DNA of 64,000 nt from Camelus ferus (taxonomy: Eukaryota): the NCBI RefSeq assembly GCF_009834535.1, contig NC_045717.1:19654001-19718000 (forward strand). The letters are read 5' to 3'. The first letter of the stretch is position 1; each line of letters opens with the position of its first letter. The notes beneath the pieces were generated by a model. That model had not been told where the DNA came from, made no database searches, and worked only from the letters and a program-made list of their open reading frames with translations. Positions 59,150 through 64,000 of the stretch are shown here, piece by piece. A program made the translations under genes and the position numbers.

Positions 59150-59318
59150 CCAGAAGCACGCATGTGTGTCTGGCTAGCTGTGGGTTTGTGTGTGGCTGGC
59201 CTGTTGGGGCGTGTGAGAGTGTGTGTGAGGCCTGTCTTCTCAGGGCATGTATCTTTGTGTTGGCCCAACCCTAGAGGGGTGTGTAGGGCCTGTCTACTTT
59301 GGGGGGGGGGGGCGAGGA

Positions 59319-59350
<32 letters not shown>

Positions 59351-60480
59351 TCTATGGAATAAGTTGCATGTGGCTGGCCTATATGCATACATGTAGGTTG
59401 TTTTGGAGTTCACGTGGCTAACCTATTTGTGTCTGGTGTGTCTGTGTGTGTGTGAGGTACATGGCTTGCCTGTGTGAGGTCTGTGTGTGTGTGAGGTCTG
59501 TAGCTGGTGTGTGTCTGTGTCTGTGTCTTTGGCTGGTCTATGTGTGTGTGTCTATGTGGGCTCTGTGGCTGGTTGTGTGTGTGTGTGTTAGCCAACAGGT
59601 TCTGTCAGGGTGTCTCTTTGCCAGCGTGTTTATGAATGTCCAGCTGTGGCCTGTCCCTGCTTCTTTATGCTGGGTGTGACTGTCTGGCCAGACCATGCCT
59701 GTGAATATGTCAGTCTGTCTGCTTACATCTGCCCAAACTGTCTGAGGGTCTGACGTGCGTGTTATCGGTGAGGGACAGTGAATCTGTAAGGCTGAGTCTT
59801 GGCATCTCTGAGTGTGGGTGGGGGCGGGGGGCTATCTGTCCCGCTGTGTACATGTCCTTCCCATCCCTCTCTCCATAGGTTGATGTTTGTCTCTCTTGCC
59901 TCTGAGTATCTTTTTGAGTCGGTGATCTTGCTAGCGTGTGTGCATGTGTGTTGCCTTCTCTCGTTGCAGGATCTGATAGTGTCTGAACATCTCTCGTGCA
60001 GCTTTTGAGGCGCTTGTGCTAAAAGTGACTGTCCTTTCTCCCTGAGTCTATCAACATACATGTGTCTCCCATTTGCATCTGACACATGGTTCTCGGTGTG
60101 TCCGTCCTGCCTGTGTGCTTCTGGCCTGTCACATTTGTCTCCAAGCGCCTATGAGCGTGCCGCTGTCTGCCCGGCTATGTGCTTCTCGTCTGAATGTCAA
60201 TGTCCGTGTTTGTCAGTGGGTCCATTGTGCCTGTATGCCGAGTTGATTTATCTGTGCCACACACCCCCTGCCTTTATGCTTCTGGCTTGCTGGTGTCTTT
60301 GTGTATTTGGCAGCATTTCAGTCTTGCTCTTGAGACTGCCCTGTCACTGTGTCTGTTTAACAGCTGTCTTGTCCAGATGTATGTCTGGTCCTGTCAGTGT
60401 GTCCCTGGTTGGCAGTCTCTTGGTGGCCAGGGTGACAGGGGTTGTGTGTGTGTGGACTGGCTCTCTCGGGGTGACTGTGT
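59150..60480. repeat. (TG)n microsatellite (about 59320-59349) within a degenerate TG-rich tract
   Basis: Directly visible tgtgtgtg runs. Confidence 0.85.
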
Positions 60481-60529
60481 ATTTGTACACTCCTTGCCAC
60501 CCCCCGCAAGTCTGGCCACTCTGGGCCAT

Positions 60530-62270
60530 GTTTACTCTGCCCCCAGCCGATTTCTGCCTGCCCTGCCCGGGGAGGGGCTGACCCTCCCGTCTGTCCAGCC
60601 AGCAGTCCACAGGATGTTCCCGAGACGCTGTCTCCGCCGACATCCCCTCCCTTCAGCCACCCTCGGGTCAGGACCCAGGCGTCCAGGGTGGCGGGGGTAG
60701 GGCTGCAGCATGGGGGGGGCCTGCGGCGTGGGGGGCTTGTCAGGTCCCCAGAATAGGGTGGGGGATGGGGAGGGCGACGGGTTCAACAGGTTCCGCCTCA
60801 TTCCTACCCCGCCTCTCACTTCCTGGGTGCCTGCCCCGGGCAGGGGGTGGACGGGATGAACCCCATGGCCTCATAGTGCCTGGGTGGGGCATGGCCTGCC
60901 CCACAAGGACTCGCTTCTGCTGGGCACTCTAACACCCAGGCCTGAAAGACAGGAAGAGCCTGGGTCCTTCTGCCGGCCAAGCCCCTCCCTGCTTCTGTGC
61001 CCAGCTCTGGAAACAAAGCGTCCAATCTATTATTCACTTAATCCCACGAGGCCACAATAAGCCGGTCATAATTATCCCCCATTTTCAGATGGGGAAACTG
61101 AGGCCTAGAGAGCAATGAGGGCAGAGGCAGGATTTGAACCCAACTCCGCATGCTACGCAAGACCCCCCCCCCAACCAAGGCAGCTCACCAACAGCCTTCC
61201 CTCCCCTCTCTAAAAATGGTACATATAGGGTGGAGTACGAACCCAGGCCCCACGAGGCCCGGCTCAAGGGGGCGCCTGGCTTGCTCTGAGTCAAAAGGGG
61301 CCCCTGGATGAATAAGAAAACGGCTTTAACCGTTTCATTGCCACGACAGGCTCTGCCAAAACTTCCTGTGGGCTGGCGGGGAGGGGCTGGGGGCTGGGTT
61401 CCCGGAGGTCTAGGGGGGTAGGCCCTGCCAATTCACGGTGGGGGAACGCCGCTAGTGACCTTGGCAGCGGTTGGCTAAGGGAAGACACCAGACACGACCC
61501 TCGCTGGAGGGAGGGCCCCTCCCCGCGAAGCTTGAAGTCCCTACTACTTGGTTCTCAGTTCCCACTGCCTGGAAGAGGGGTCTCAGAGTCCGCAGCCCCC
61601 TCCCCAGGGTCTTGAGTCACACGCGGGGAAAGCCTCGAGGGGTGAGTCACGGGGTGGGGAAGGGGGAGAAAGGTCGGCTGCGGCCAGGGGACCCTCGGGC
61701 TACCCTGAGTCACGCAGCCCCTTCTCCAGAGACCAGGAGCGGGAAGCGCATTGTCGGGTGGACTATGGAGCTGGAGGAAGAGCGGTAAGGGGGAGGAAGC
61801 ACGCGCCCGAGCCGCGCGGGAAGCTCCGGTTCCCATAGTAACTGGAGGGGTCTCTCAGCTCTCTGGCTGGGGTTCCTCCCTCGGCAGGGACGGTCCCTGC
61901 GCACTGGGGAAGCCCCCGCGCGCTCTGTCGAGGGGCCACAAGTTTCAGGTCGGGCAGGAAGGGGTTAACGGCAGCCTCCACCACCCTCCTCCAGGGTTTC
62001 ACCCGCGCCCAAAGTCCCCGTGCGGGGTGGGGCCGTGTCCCGCGCGCTCCCAACCCCCGCGGCCGCCCACGCACGGACGCACGCACGCACGCAATTAGCC
62101 CATCCCCCCGCGCTCGCAGGCATGACCGCGTCGGGCTCCACGCACGCAGCGACCCCCGTCGTGCTTCACGTCACGCACGACGCACGCGCCCCCGCAGCGC
62201 GGGGCGGAGCCCTCTGCTCTGAGAGCGATAGGACGCGGGGCAATTTACAACGCCCCCTGAGCACATAACC
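60530..62270. promoter_or_regulatory. Orphan CpG-rich island / enhancer upstream of JUNB
   Basis: High CpG density. TGAGTCA at 61287, 61613, 61643 and 61706; NF-kB-like GGGGAAAGCC at 61625; CRE-like TCACGTCA at 62166. No convincing CDS. Confidence 0.65.
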
Positions 62271-62279
62271 GCCTCCCTT

Positions 62280-63180
62280 GAGCACGCTGTCTCGTGTGAC
62301 TTTGACACCTCCCCAAGGTCACAAACTCTCTGATCCACAGTGTCACGCGGACACAGGATACACCTGCCACACGTTGGCACAAACCTTCACTAGTCCAACC
62401 AACCCCCCAGCGAACGCGGGCAGGGTCATGCTGTCACACACGACACACAGGTACATCTATCACATACCATTTCTGGTGGGGACACAGGGCCATCTTCATA
62501 CACAGATAGGTGGCATATACAGACACTCCGATAAAGCCACAACATCAAGGTGCACACAGATAAAAGTAAGACACGAAGTAAGACACAAACAGATAAAAGT
62601 CTTGGACATCAGGACTCCAGCTATCACACAGCCACTCCTCTCCATGGAGATTGTAGAGGCACAGAGACATAGGAGGGAGACAGACACAGTGGTCATGCTG
62701 TCACAGGGACAAATAGGGCACGTGAAGTAAAGTAGGGTCACAGACACCACAAGTCCACACCCAGGGACACCAGATTGTCTTGGGAACATGGACAAACAAA
62801 GGGCACACATGACAGGGTCACGCTTTCACAGAAAGATACATGATGGAGAGAAAGTAGGACATGGTCACATTGAAAAACTACCTAAAGCCAGGTTGAGGTA
62901 CTGACTGTCATACATTCACTTCTCACACAAACAAGACACAGGGAGACAGACACAAAGCAAGGTCCCATAAAGAGAAGCATGTGCCCTAGGCCCTGACAGC
63001 ACCCAAATCACCAAATCACAGACAGCCTGTTGCATAAATTCCCAGGGCCCCAAGACACACAAAGACACAGGTAGATGCAGACACACAGGCCTGTGCACAC
63101 ACAATCACAGACCCACAGTCTCACACCTACATAAATGTGAACACACTTCACATGGACTCAGAGACATATACACAGACATG
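62280..63180. repeat. Degenerate CA-rich low-complexity tract
   Basis: Dense acacag/cacac motifs on the plus strand. Confidence 0.75.
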
Positions 63181-64000
63181 GGGAGGGGGTCAGGATGAGA
63201 GTCCTGGCAGAATGTCAGTGTCTGGAGGGCACAGCCTGCCAGAGTTCCTCATGGTATAGGGCCTGGTGTCCTCCGTGAGGCTGTGGTCAGCTCTGGGGGG
63301 AGGGGCACTATCTCCCAATATGTGAACCCAGGGTCCCTATCTCAGCTCTCATGACTGGGTGTCTGTCCAGATGTGAAGGCCAGAGGGGCGGGCGGGGGTC
63401 CAGCTGTAGCCACAGGGAGGGGCTGAGTCACTCGCTTCCCAGCAGTACAGCCCAGGCTGGGCCCAGCTGTTCCTGGAAACCAACAGGAGGGGGTGGGGTC
63501 CCCAAACCAGCTGGGGGCTGCTGGCCCAGACCCGCACTCTCTGTCCTTAATGGAGGCCCCCAGATCATACCCTAAGCTTTGGGGTTCCCTCCACCAAAAA
63601 ATGGGGTTTGAATCCTCCCCCTAAATAAAGGATCCCTGATTCAAAATGAGGGTTTGTGATAACCTCTCATTGTTGAAGGCACAAGTATCCCCCAACAGTG
63701 GGGTTTCCGGAGTCCCATAATAGGGATTGCTGCTCTTCCCTGGCAACGTAGGGAGCCCCCTTCCCTGCAAAATCAGATTCCCTGCCACCCCAAATGGAGG
63801 TTTCTGGCTCCTCCCCCAAAGTGAGGGCACCCAGACCTTCCCTTAAATCTGGGGACTTTTGGGTCCTTGAACATTAATAACACCTATAATATCAGGGTAA
63901 CGTTAAAACAATTCAACTCCATGCTCCAGATATTTTAGTTCCTCCTAAACATCAAGATCTCTGTGGGTTTTGCAAATATTGGGAACCCCACTCCAAATAT

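Overview
Mammalian genomic DNA, syntenic with the human 19p13.13 KLF1-DNASE2-MAST1-RTBDN-RNASEH2A-THSD8-PRDX2-JUNB cluster and shown in reverse orientation. Three copies of a tRNA-derived SINE resembling the camelid Vic-1 family suggest a camelid (camel/alpaca); this is an inference. By manual GT-AG and reading-frame reconstruction the window holds: the last exon of KLF1 (+), DNASE2 (+, 6 exons, 367 aa), MAST1 (-, 26 exons, 1569 aa), RTBDN (+, 5 coding exons, about 223 aa), RNASEH2A (-, 8 exons, 299 aa), a small secreted TSP1-domain gene matching THSD8 (-, 2 coding exons, 116 aa) head-to-head with PRDX2 (+, 198 aa), and intronless JUNB (-, 347 aa) with its flanking enhancers. The most interesting points are: (1) the little-studied THSD8 gene, with a splice donor 6 nt after its stop and no canonical poly(A) signal before RNASEH2A; (2) a hidden two-micro-exon alternative N-terminus of MAST1 resembling MAST3/MAST4; (3) an RFX-box promoter-like island in MAST1 intron 3; (4) complementary CA-rich and UG-rich tracts bracketing the frame-preserving MAST1 exon 2-3 cassette; (5) a CRX/TATA module upstream of RTBDN; and (6) dense AP-1, CArG, NF-kB and STAT sites around JUNB. 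Most long ORFs in the supplied track are antisense or GC-rich artefacts. Homolog comparisons are from memory of the families, not from database searches.
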